A stretch of 64,000 bases of DNA from Octopus vulgaris (Eukaryota), in the NCBI GenBank assembly GCA_951406725.2, contig OX597818.1, positions 41,540,001 through 41,604,000 of the forward strand, written 5' to 3'. The notes beneath the pieces were generated by a model. It was not told where the DNA came from, made no database searches, and saw nothing but the letters and a program-made list of their open reading frames with translations. Shown here in pieces: positions 13,433-25,509 of this stretch (within the stretch, counting starts at the first letter, position 1; each line of letters opens with the position of its first letter). Both the position numbers and the translations under genes were made by a program.

Positions 13433-14084
13433 TAGACCAATTTGACTCAGCTTCCCACAAGACATAAAGTTCAGAGGGTTCGCCAACGAAACTTTAATCA
13501 TATGGAACTGAGTGAAATTGTTATTAAAAAGCAAATGTAATTCCTATCTGTCGACTGCCACTCCGCTGTAGCCAAGGGCCGACCAAAGTCTTGTGAGTGG
13601 ATTTGGTACACAGAAACTGAAAGAGGGGCGACGAGCTGGCAGAAACGTTAGCACGCCGGGCGAAATGCGTAGCCGTATTTCGTTTGTCGTTACGTTGTGA
13701 GTTCAAATTCCGCCGAGGTCAACTTTGCCTTTCATCCTTCCGAGGTCGATAAATTAAGTACCTGTTACGCACTGGAGTCGATGTAATCGACTTAATACCT
13801 ATGTCTGTCCTTGTTTGTCCCCTCTATGTTTAGCCCCTTGTGGGTAATAAAGACATAGGTATTTCGTCTATCTTTATATTCTGAGTTCAAATTCCGCCGA
13901 GGTTGACTTTGCCTTTCATCCTTTCGGGGTCGATTAAATAAGTACCAGTTACGCACTGAGGTCGATGTAATCGACTTAATCCGTTTGTCTGTCCTTGTTT
14001 GTCCCCTCTGTGTGTAGCCCCTTGTGGGCAGTAAAGAAATAAGAAACTGAAAGAAGCCCATCGTATATATGTATGTGTATTTGA

Positions 14085-14313
14085 GTGCATGCGTGCGTGC
14101 GTGCGTGCGTGCATGCGTGCGTGCGAGCGTGCATGCGTGCGTGTGTGCGTGCATGCGTGCGTGTGTGCGTGCGTGCGTGCATGCGTGCGTGCGTGCGTGC
14201 ATGCGTGCGTGCATGCGTGCGTGCATGCGTGCGTGCATGCGTGCGTGCGTGCGTGCGTGCATGCGTGCGTGCATGCGTGCGTGCATGCGTGCGTGCATGC
14301 GTGCGTGCGTGCG
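14085..14313. repeat. (GCGT/GCAT)n microsatellite inside a SINE A spacer
   Basis: Direct observation. Confidence 0.95.
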
Positions 14314-14808
14314 TTTGTCCCCTACCACTACTTGACAACTGGTGTTGGTGTGTTTACGTCTCCGTAACTTAGCGGCTCAGCAAAAGAAATCTGATAAAAT
14401 AAGTATCCAGCTTTAAAAAAAATTAAATACTGGAGTCGATTCGTTCGAACATACTTTTGCAAGGTGGTGCCCCAGCTTGGCCGCAGTCTAATGACTGAGA
14501 CAGTTGAAAGATAGAAGGTATTTGAGCGGGAACTGAGAAGTTCCTGCTTTAGGGTAAAAAAAAATACAGGAGGATCAGTCAATTATGATTTTACTCAACA
14601 TCTTCCCCTCTCAGAGTCACACACTTATTGCAGTGGTCCTTCAATTTTTCTAAGCCCTGTAAAAGAACTCGAAAGGTTCGGTCTCCAACCAGGCCTTTCG
14701 CGACACCCTTAAAGCGAGGAACTGTTTAACATCACCTCGTATATCATGGGTCGAAGGCTCCGAGTCGAAAACTCTTTAGGTCGGTTTTTCGAATTGTGTA
14801 TGTGTGTT

Positions 14809-14862
<54 letters not shown>

Positions 14863-16011
14863 GTCTGTGTGTTAGTGTGTGTGTGTGTGTGTGTCTGACT
14901 GTCTGTCTGTCTCTGTCACTCTTTCTCTCCTTCCACACACACACACACACACGCGTGTGTGGAGGAGGTAGAATAAACAGCGCACATTTTAAAGTATAAA
15001 AGCTAAATACTTATGTGTGATGATGATGAAATTCTAACATACATTCTGTAGCTCAGAAAATTTTCCGTGTACAGGACGACGGTTTGTCGCCGCTTACTGG
15101 AACAACGTAAAATAAAGGGTTTTGTTCAAAAACGCAATTCATCGCCCGGTTCAGGATTCGAAACCGCCATCTTGCGAGCATGTGTCCAACACCCTAACCA
15201 CTAAACTACCTCCTCCACACGTGTGTGTGTGTGTGGAAGGAGAGAGACAGACAGACAGACAGACACAGACAAAGATAGAGGAAGAGAACTACAATAAATA
15301 GTATGTACAGGCCATCACTCTGTTCTATGTGCTATGTATAAACTATCTGTCGTAATACTATATTGATTATATAATGAATAGATAATGAATATATATGGAA
15401 TTGAAATTAATAAATAAAATATAATAGTTATTTCCCTTAGTTAAAGGGAGGCAACTTGTAAAATTTATCTTGGATTATTTCCCTTACATTGCAATTGAAG
15501 CGAAAATTTTGCATTATGCATGATTTCTGAACCAGTCAATTCCATCTTTAATCTAAAATTAAATGCACTAAACTTAATCAAGTTTACTTTGATACATTCG
15601 AAACTCTATACATACAGACATTCATTTATATATAAATAAATACACGCACAGAGAGAACAAACTATAAAAACAGCAGTCTTATACTGTCTCGGAATAAACA
15701 GCGCTCATTTGAAAGTAGGAAAACTAAATACTAATATGTGATGATGATGAAATTCTAACGTACATTCAATAGTTTTCATGCAATTTAGAGTATTCAATTT
15801 GTTTTTAAAAAATCACATTTAATAGTAAGAAAATTTTTTTCAATGAATTCAAATGTTGTACCATCAAATAAAATCCAACAATATTTGACGATATATAAGA
15901 CGCACGATTTACAGAAGGAATTTCAAAAAAATTACCCCGGGTCCTATAAACGAATCCGGGCTTCCCAAAGTTAATTTTATTCCTGGCGCATATTTTTTCT
16001 TGTAAATACAA

Positions 16012-16404
16012 CTAGCAGTATCGCCCGGCGTTGCTCGGGTTTGTAAGGGAAATAACTATATAAGCATTTTTAGAGATGTAAAGTATAATAGCCATCTCAA
16101 TATGGCTAACCACAAAGGTGGGGTGTTACTGTAGCTTTTTACGATCTGAGATTTAATAAATTTTTAGAGAATTACTTCCCTTATATATGCCAAAAATGCA
16201 TTAAAAATGGGAAAAATTGATGGTAAATTTTTTTTTTAATCGTAGACTCATTGTAGACGCGCGCTAATACCCAGAAGGGCTCGATATGAATCACGACTAT
16301 AAGATACCCGGTTTTGGTTAAACTGCACCGCAAAATGTGGGAGTAGTTAGGAATCTAAATCGTAGGAGACAGACAGCACACAACCTCTCTTTTATATATA
16401 AAGA
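16012..16404 (-). mobile_element. non-autonomous Helitron
   Basis: Minus strand begins TCTTTATATATAAAA and ends with hairpin CCCGAGCAACGCCGGG + ~8 nt + CTAG; inserted between A and T with no TSD. Confidence 0.85.
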
Positions 16405-16489
16405 TGTTGAAATTGAAGCACGTCTAATATGTTCGTGCGTCTTTTATTCTATCAAATACGGTATGTACCTCCAGTATTAAGGTAGAGAT

Positions 16490-17335
16490 AGGATGCGAGC
16501 TGGCAGAATCGTTAGCACGCCGGACCACATGCTTAGTGGCATTTCGTCCGCCTTTACGTTCTGAGTTCAAATTCCACTGAGGTCGACTTTGCCTTTTATC
16601 CTTTCGGGGTTGATAAAATAAGTACCAGTTGAGCACTGGGGGTCGATGTAATTGATTTACCCCCACCCCGAAATTGCTGGCCTTGTGCCAAAATTTGAAT
16701 CTAATGTTAAAGCGACGAGCTGACAGAATTGTTAGCACGTCGGGCAAAGTGTTTACCGGCATTTCGTCTGTCTTTATGTTCTGAGTTCAAATCCGACTGA
16801 GGTCGACTTTGCCTTCCATCATTCCGGGGTCGATGAAATAAGTACCGGTTGGGTACTGAAATCGATGTAATAGACTTAACCCCTCCGCCTCAATCGCTGG
16901 CCTTATTACCAAAATTTGCAATCAGTGTTAATCCGGTGATAGGCAACGAGCTAGCAGAATCGTTACCGCGCAGGAAAAAATGCTTAGCGGCATTTCTTCC
17001 GACTTTACGTTCTGAGTTCAAATGCTTTTCCTCCTGTCGGACTTGAAAAAGTACTACCTGAGCCCTGGATCAGATGTAATTGACTTACCCTTTTCGCAAA
17101 ATTTCTGGCCTTGTACCAAAATTTGAAACTAGTTATAAGGTGATGAGCAAGCAGAATCGTTATCACGCCGGACAATATGCTTAGCAGCATTTCGCCCATC
17201 TTTACGTTCTAAGTTCAGGTTCCGCCTCGATCGACTTTGCCTTTCATTATTTCGAGGCCGATAAGACAAGTACTGAGAGCGAGGCAATCGACATACCCGA
17301 CCCTCAAAATTGCTGGCCTTGTACCCAAATAAGAT
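16490..17335 (+). mobile_element. head-to-tail cluster of ~4-5 diverged SINE family B variants
   Basis: Repeated GAGCTGGCAGAATCGTTAGCACG heads and GGCCTTGTGCCAAAATTTGAA tails. Confidence 0.78.
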
Positions 17336-17342
17336 TATATAT

Positions 17343-17413
<71 letters not shown>

Positions 17414-17492
17414 GGTATGTAGAAAAATACAACATGGACAAGAACGTATAACTCTTAGAAGACGACACAATAAACACGGACAGGACATTCGA

Positions 17493-17564
17493 AACCCTCA
17501 GTCTTCAGTCAAGAACCGGATCATCGTAGTAATTTCGGCTGATTAATCTTGAGATTACTAGATC
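17493..17564 (-). ncRNA. candidate rearranged (non-circularly permuted) hammerhead ribozyme, copy 1
   Basis: Minus strand reads GATC-TAGTAAT-C-TCAAGA-TTAA-TCAGCC-GAA-ATTACTA-CGATGATCCGGT-TCTTGA-CTGAAGA-CTGAGGGTT: 7-bp stem III, 6-bp stem I, CUGAAGA, GAAA and an AUC site. The stem II register is ambiguous. Confidence 0.55.
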
Positions 17565-18340
17565 ACGGCCAGCCCTCCAAGAAAAACTAAGCAACGAGCA
17601 TTAGAAAAACTAAGCTGGAAGCGTAGATTTCCTGGAAGAAGGATCGAATGCATACGAACACCAGGACAGCAAAAGGGACAGATATAAAAAAAAACAAAAA
17701 ACAATAATGGAATACAGAAACATGAAATACAGAAGCATTAACGGTGAAAACAACAAGTGTCTTACGACTGATAACAAGCAAACAAATTTTTTCTCTGGCG
17801 CATTGGAAAAAGCCTTTATAGCGGCGGACGAAAAACAACGATGTTAACGTGACGATGGTCAGAAGCTGAAAGGCAGATTTCAGCCAGCAGTCACGTGACA
17901 GAGAAGAGAGAAAAGAAAAGAAAGAAAAGCAAAGGAAGAGAGAGAGAGAGGAGGGACAAACGCAACAAGAGAGAGAGAAGAGAGAGAAATAAGGAATCAG
18001 AGAGGAGAAGGGATGGGTGTCGAAGATTGATCTGTGAGTGCAGAGCGAGACAAAGAAATAGGAGGGTAGTGGAAGATTAGACCAAAGAATCAGAGGAAAG
18101 AGAAGAGAAAAAGAGGATGAGTAGAGAGAAGAGAGAGAGAAGGGGACAGATCAAGTAAAAATGAGAGAGAGAGAGAGACAAACAGAGAGTCGTACCAATT
18201 ATTAAGAATATGTGCTCACATTAATGTTAAGAGGGTACGGGGCGCCTGGAATATATGTTAAGGTATGTAGAAAAATACAACATGGACAAGAACGTATAAC
18301 TCTTAGAAGACGACACAATAAACACGGACAGGACATTCGA

Positions 18341-18412
18341 AACCCTCAGTCTTCAGTCAAGAACCGGATCATCGTAGTAATTTCGGCTGATTAATCTTGA
18401 GATTACTAGATC
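18341..18412 (-). ncRNA. candidate rearranged hammerhead ribozyme, copy 2
   Basis: Identical motif 848 nt from copy 1. Confidence 0.55.
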
Positions 18413-19145
18413 ACGGCCAGCCCTCCAAGAAAAACTAAGCAACGAGCATTAGAAAAACTAAGCTGGAAGCGTAGATTTCCTGGAAGAAGGATCGAATGCA
18501 TACGAACACCAGGACAGCAAAAGGGACAGATATAAAAAAAAAACAAAAAACAATAATGGAATACAGAAACAAGAAATACAGAAGCATTAACGGTGAAAAC
18601 AACAAGTGTCTTACGACTGATAACAAGCAAACAAATTTTTTCTCTGGCGCATTGGAAAAAGCCTTTATAGCGGCGGACGAAAAACAACGATGTTAACGTG
18701 ACGATGGTCAGAAGCTGAAAGGCAGATTTCAGCCAGCAGTCACGTGACAGAGAAGAGAGAAAAGAAAAGAAAGAAAAGCAAAGGAAGAGAGAGAGAGAGG
18801 AGGGACAAACGCAACAAAGAGAGAGAAGAGAGAGAAATAAGGAATCAGAGAGGAGAAGGGATGGGTGTCGAAGATTGATCTGTGAGTGCAGAGCGAGACA
18901 AAGAAATAGGAGGGTAGTGGAAGATTAGACCAAAGAATCAGAGGAAAGAGAAGAGAAAAAGAGGATGAGTAGAGAGAAGAGAGAGAGAGGGGACAGATCA
19001 AGTAAAAATGAGAGAGAGAGAGAGACAAACAGAGAGTCGTACCAATTATTAAGAATATGTGCTCACATTAATGTTAAGAGGGTACGGGGCGCCTGGAATA
19101 TATGTTAAGGTATGTAGAAAAATACAACATGGACAATATATATAG

Positions 19146-19272
19146 GCGGGTTCAGGCCCACTGCGTGGCACCTTGGGCAGGTGTCTTCTACTATACCCTC
19201 GGGCCGACCAAAGCCTTTTAAGTGGATTTGGTAAACGGAAACTGAAAGAAGTTCGTCGTATATGTGTATACA

Positions 19273-19344
<72 letters not shown>

Positions 19345-19550
19345 TGTGTCTGTGTTTGTTTCCCCAACATCGCTTGACAACCGATGTTGGTATGTTTACG
19401 TCCCCGTAACTTAGCGGTTCGGCAAAAGAGACCGCTTGAATAAATACTAGGTTTACAAAGAATAAATCCTGGGGTCGATTTGCTCGACTAAAGGCGGTGC
19501 TCCAGCATGGCCGCAGTCAAATGACTGAAACAAGTAAAAGAGTAAAAGAG
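19146..19550 (+). mobile_element. SINE family A
   Basis: Same sequence as 328-692, with a 5'-shortened head. Confidence 0.82.
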
Positions 19551-20816
19551 AATGTGAAATGGTGAAACTTCCATTACCGCACGTTACAATGAGCGACTGA
19601 CTTACAGAAAACTTCATATTCAAAATATAAATCGATGATGAGGCACCATAGGTGGGCTACTTTGCAATAAGTTCTTGTGTCAGATATGGTCGAAGGCTTT
19701 ACTTGTGTGAAACTCACAACTCTGGAGACCCAAGAAGTACTCAGGCGAGATGTTGGAGAATATGTCACCGATAGATCAGATTGTACCGAAATTGTGATGG
19801 AAAGTAAAAGAAACTCTCTGTAATGAAGACACTTATGGTTGTTTCCATCATCTGAAAGTGAAGTCAGATAAATAGCAAGGTCAGGAGGTTTCTTTGAAAA
19901 TCGGACATACTGTCACCTTTTTTTATTGATTGGGTAAATGGCCGTAGAAAGTTAACGTTGGAGTTGGGGGGCAATTTTTTAGTTAACAATAGAAACGCCA
20001 TGAAGTTCAGTTGCTTTGTTGTACTGAAATGACAAAGGAAGTCTTCGTGTTTGCGATAATGTATTAGTAGAGGTAAGATAGCTGCTGTTAAGAAGGAGAG
20101 TTTGGGAAGAGGTTTTGTTGTGATCTTGTATAGTGCGCAATTGAAAGCAGAGCAAGCATAAAATAAGATAGTTTTATCTACAAGAATGTTACTTTCCGCA
20201 GCATCTTGATTAAAACATCACAGATAAGAAAACTTTACAATGTTATAGAGATCCCCTTGACATGAGATCGGAAACCAAGGTTGCAATTTCAAAGATAAAT
20301 GCATAGAAAAGCCTTGAGATGCTTCACAACACACTTTACTCTCCTAATATTTATTTTGCAGACGTTGTGATTATCATGCAAAAAGGAAGGCAATGCCTAT
20401 GACCCTTCTCTAGACTAGTGGCAAGGAAGGAAGAAGTCCAAGCCCGAATGCTTGGAACAGAGCAAACCCCGTCAAATGCATCCTGGTGGTGTTAAACTGA
20501 GCAACATATTAAGTCTACTGCCCATTGTTGTAGGCAACATGTTCAAGCATCACGATCCAGATCTTCCAGAATATGATTTGGTAAATTCTTCTACTGAGCA
20601 CTGTATCTTAAAGCGTGTGGTGATTTCATCTTCATCTCTAGACGTGCTGTGAAACAGTGGTACGGTTCCATTTCTCCAGATGCCTAAAAGAATATGTCCT
20701 GTGTATACTTACTCCTAAAGGTACGCTTTACTTTCTTCCTCCAGTCAGTTACTTATATATAAAAGAAAATGCAGCTTTTATGACTGGAGGAAGAAACCTC
20801 TCTGTAGGGGGAGTGA

Positions 20817-21473
20817 TGTAGTGGCTTCATGCAGGCACGGCGTGGATTCGATCCTCGATAGTCAAATTTCACTTAACAGTTCAACAGCACTTTTCTCATG
20901 GTAGAACAATAGTTTTTCTGTGGCAGCAGTTACATTTGCCAGATGCCTTAGCTAAGCAGAATAATGTTTTTGCCACTTGATCCTTCTAACCTCTTCTAGG
21001 CCACCAAAAGCTAGAATAGAGATAAAAGACCGCCAACGAAATCTATTGTTCTCAACAATATGTCTATCCTTCTTGCTGGTTTTGGATAGTTATAAAAACA
21101 AGAATTCCGTAAGCCAAAGTCAATTAGTGAAAACCGAGTCTGGCTGACCGGCTGAACAAAACGCCGTCTCTGAAAGAAACGGCACAAAGAGACAACTATG
21201 GTAACTCACCAACGAAGCAGTTGTTTGGTCCCATCACTCTCACACTAACTCACTTTCTTTTCTCGGTAACATTACCATATCTCTCTATACATACTACTAT
21301 GAGATCGTGTACACACATACTGACCGAAATTAACTCTTTACCTCGCATATTTTTCCATTTACTACTTATACTTACCAACCCGTCATGGTTTTAGATATAT
21401 ACAAAGTAACGGTAAATAAATATCGTTACAACTTCAATCACTGGCAACCAACACCTTAACAACAACCGTTACA
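20817..21473 (+). mobile_element. Gypsy-like LTR of a related subfamily preceded by a PPT-like tract
   Basis: AGGGGGAGTGA immediately before TGTAGTGG; first ~310 nt similar to the 7277 and 28549 copies; ends GTTACA at 21430 or 21473. Confidence 0.6.
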
Positions 21474-21589
21474 TATATATCACGTTTTTACAGTAGGTCG
21501 TAAAGGATGGTTATATCATCATAACTGATTAAATCAGTAACTAGTTGAAAGGTTAATGGAGGTGTGCATTGTTATATCCACTTCTTTGC

Positions 21590-22770
21590 AAACACTTTAG
21601 CTCGTCTGTTTCATCAAATCATTGTCCCCCAAAACTGTCATTCATTGGACAATCTTCGGGGACAGACGGGTGCCAGATCTGGGCAGTACGATGAATAGGG
21701 GGCCACTGACTAGCCCGCTTTTCCGATTGCCTGATTCGTTATCAAACAAGTGTTCAGTCGCGCATTGTCATGGAGAATGGGGATTACTTCAAAATTCTTG
21801 TACAGTCTTTTCCTTTTAATGGCTTTTGGGTGTCTCAATGTACAGCAATCAAGGTGAATGACATTTTATCATTTCTCAAAACTAGTCACTGTGTCTTTCT
21901 CAGTCAATCGCTGGTTTATGAACTTGGAGAAGAGATATGGTGCTATTCTATGGACCGAACCATCGTTTCTGAATCATAAAGATGTGACTACATTTCACCC
22001 CTTGTCACCAAATTGAAGAGAGAATGGTATCTGCATTGGCATCAATCGCTTTTAGTAGATCAGAATAAACTCCCATCCTTCTCTCATTCAAATCGAGTGC
22101 CAGCTGCCGACGTGCCAACATTGCACACACTTTCCGGTTCCCAAAGTCTTCTGCCATCTTCTGCAATGCACTGTGATCACAGTTTAGTTAAGTAGCCAAC
22201 TCACGGATTGTGACTCAATGGCGCAGCTAGAGTGTGTACCACTTGGGGCAGCCCATGAGTTTGCCATCCCAACTCCGTCCCCTATACAGGTTTATAGAGC
22301 AGACACTAAAGTGTCGCCCCCATAAAAGCGCCGCACGGGACGAATTGCCCAGTCATTTCCTCACTACCTACGACATTGTGATTCGTTTGTCCGCAAGAAT
22401 CAATTCTTCCATTCACTGGCTATTCATGTTAGTAGGTCAGTAGTAGCATTTAATGGTCTCGCGTTGCGTGAATTGTCTTCAATGCTGGTTTCCCCTTCTT
22501 TAAGCTTCTTCATCCATCTGTGCACATTGCTCTTTTTCAATGGTGTTAGTTCCGTAAACAACATTTGGGCTTACGTGGATGTCGGACAGTTTGCATCCCT
22601 CTTTCAATATGAAGTCAGTGATGGCACATTGCTTCTGCTTGGGACCTGCAATGAAGAAGAACAAGAAAAATAATTACTATATAGAGAGAACGAATTATTC
22701 TACCAACATGCGCAGTTTGGATGATCTGTGTTCGTTAATAAAAAAAAGTTATCTCCACTTCTGCATTACT
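21590..22770 (-). mobile_element. decayed mariner-like element
   Basis: Minus-strand traces of LHDNARL, PYSSYCPDLAP, VTRGE and VGTSAAGTR. Boundaries approximate. Confidence 0.5.
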
Positions 22771-23385
22771 TTCGGTACAAACCTCCTATATTTAACCTTA
22801 CTTATTATATATGAGAACCACTTCTTTTCGTTTGTATGAACAAGTTGAGTGTGAGTGTGTGAAATTAATGGTGATGTAGTGTATCTTTGAGTTTGCTACA
22901 GCACTACATACTTACCTACCTCTATTACAAAGCACCCGCTATTTTGCATCCCACATCTGAGAATCACCTGACATGTAAGGGTATTGTTGAAAGAATAAAA
23001 TACTTCACAAAGCCAACACACCACGTGGAAACATTTCACGGTCATTATTTAAAAAGTTTGTTGTTATTAATTACTGACGCAGACGATATCATTAAAGGCT
23101 GCTACTACTGCTGCCCGCCGCCACCGCCCCTGGTATTTACTGTCAATTCTTAGTCTTCCTTGTCAGCTGAATTATAGAGTGAGCAACTTGTGAGCTAATT
23201 CAGACATTTATATTATTGTTTATGTTCGTCTGTTTTTCGCCCATCTCGCCTGTTGCAATTGGGCCTTTTTTTAAAACAGAAAACGTCCATCTTAAGTTAC
23301 TTATCAAATACTTATACCACTATATTTATTAATAATATACAATTTGGATTAATCCTCGGTGAAACAGATTCGTAGTTTCTACAGA

Positions 23386-23475
23386 ATGCCTGACGATAAT
23401 ACGAGGTTGTTGGCCGGCAATGTGCCCGAAGACTCGAGACCCAGCTACTATAGTGATGCAGATATGGGACGAACT
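23386..23475 (+). CDS. TMEM243: TMEM243-like small membrane protein, coding exon 1 (MPDDNTRLLAGNVPEDSRPSYYSDADMGRT)
   Basis: ATG at 23386, 90 nt open, ends at a GTAAGT donor (23476), phase 0. An upstream tttctacAG acceptor suggests a non-coding first exon. Confidence 0.75.
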
Positions 23476-25239
23476 GTAAGTAATCTATTATGAAAAGTTA
23501 TTTCTAAATTAACTAGTTTAATATGTTCCACTTCATTAGAATTAGACTAATCCTTAAGTTTTTACGACTCAGTCTAATAATGGCTAACTCACGTTTGTTA
23601 ATTATTAATATAGGCTATTCGAGGGAAAATGTTAGTATTTCTCCTGAAGATATTTTTGTGAAGTTGATCGTTTAAGTTTTTAAAAGTATATTTATTAGTT
23701 TCCATATCAAAAAAATGTTTTCATTTATTTAGGTTGGTAAAAAAAATATTTTGACAGTAAAACTTAAGATCTGTCACAACTGGATCGCCTTAATAGATGT
23801 TTGTTTGAAGTAATCATGTATCTATGAAGGCCTTGCGAAGAAAACCAATGCTCTCAGTTTATTTTGTGGAAACTTTCTTAAAGTCTATCAAAGAAAATAC
23901 ATGAAATAACCTTCGGCAGCACACAACTTGAACTTGTACAACAAATGTTATTTGGCACTCGTCCATTTTCGTAGTTCTACAAGTTCGATATAACTCCGAC
24001 GACGACTTCGCTTCCTCATAACTTTCTTAATAACGCATATTTTTTAATGTAATTTTGCGCCCAGAGATGTGTTTTCGAATGTGTAGATGGCGATTTTCTT
24101 GATTAAAAAAAAAAATTTTACTCCAAGAAAAAAAGTTCTATGTTGTTATATTTGGGGATGGTCTATTTTTATGCCATTTAACCACACGCACAAAACCTAT
24201 GTATAATCATACCCACAAATATAGCAATATCTGTTACAACACGATTTCACATCAGGAAACTTGCAAAACAAATGCATAAACGAAAAGAAGTCCATTATAT
24301 TTTTAACCATCCAATAACTTGTTCCTGATCATTGCACAAATAGATAAACAAATCTCAAACATTATCCTAATTGACAATATTCTTTATCGATGTGAAAAGG
24401 TAATACTACTATACAAATCATTTAGCATCCAGTATTTTGAACGACATCAAACGAAAGGTAACCAGGGAGTTTCACGTTCGGCACTTACGATAATTTTCTT
24501 CCTCTGAATATAAACAATAAACTGAAAACAAAACATGCACATTTGTTGAACTTCAGACGATTGTCCCTAAAGGATTTGTTTCCTTTTTACTTGCAATTAA
24601 AACTTGTCTGTTCATTTACTGTGTGTAATGCTTACCAATAAACCGTGCTGGTCAGTTTGCGATTTGTTTAGCTTTAAAATCCCCACCCCCGAATATAACT
24701 GTCAAACACATTTTTCGGTAATTTGCATAAATTAAAAGATGGTAATGCTGAGGTGGTGGGAGGGCACAGTGAGGAATTTTTATTGCATCTTTGACTTTGA
24801 GGGAAAAAAATATTTTTTACAAAAGTTCACTAACTCACAAAATCTGTATCAGCTACGCGAATGCCCTTCCTTAAATGCATTAAAAACATTTTAAGATATT
24901 CAAAACACTGTTTCAGAAAATTAACAACGTTCCCTTTTAGCACATGAAAGACAAATTTAGCTGGGGCAAAATATGTAAGCCAAGATAAGGTAAATTTGCC
25001 TCTTCAGTTTTCCAGAATTACATTTGAAAACAAACTCATATACATCATATCCATCCTTAGCCATCGTAAATATGAGAAATGCAACAAAAATTTAGAATAT
25101 CTAGGCCAAATGAAAGAGATGTCATGGGAAAATGGTACATATGAGATTAACGGAACTCGACTAAATCAAAAAACTCAACATTCTCTATAGCTTCTTCGGG
25201 AGTGGTTCTCTTCCCTATGCGGGTAGAGGAGAAAGGCAT

Positions 25240-25478
25240 AGTTTCGGTTGTAGTAGCACAGATTTCCGTCGATTTCCGTAAAAAACTTTTATTTTTTTAC
25301 ATAAGTAATGAGAGCGAAAGAGACTAAGAGGAAGCGATTTTACGACGAGAAGGTTTCACTTTGAAGTCGGCCTGTGTGTGTTTGATGGGGTGTGGGAGAC
25401 AGACAGTATGTTGTGTAAGTGAAGTGCTTCTGTTAGTGTGTGCGAAGAGACAGACATACATATACACATACACCGAGT

Positions 25479-25509
<31 letters not shown>

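Larger units (their letters stand above)
17410..19136 (-). mobile_element. non-coding tandem element (~848-bp unit x2 + 31-bp partial) in (TA)n; Penelope-like/retrozyme-like
   Basis: Unit starts TAAGGTATGTAGAAAAATACAACATGGACAA at 17411, 18259 and 19106; copies are nearly identical; TA repeats on both sides; each unit carries hammerhead core motifs on -. Confidence 0.7.

Noticed and set aside
12880-13534. Long ORFs (150-195 aa) in several frames
   Set aside because: Artefacts of the (TATG)n microsatellite, which lacks stop codons.
13792-14372. HART/CVRA repeat ORFs
   Set aside because: (GCGT)n microsatellite inside a SINE.
15930-16000. Possible small - strand exon (..PGIKLTLGSPDSFIGPG/gtaatt)
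   Set aside because: No clear acceptor, partner exons or recognisable homology.
17587-17838. 83-93 aa ORFs in the tandem unit
   Set aside because: They differ by frameshift between the two copies and show no recognisable RT or GIY-YIG motifs.
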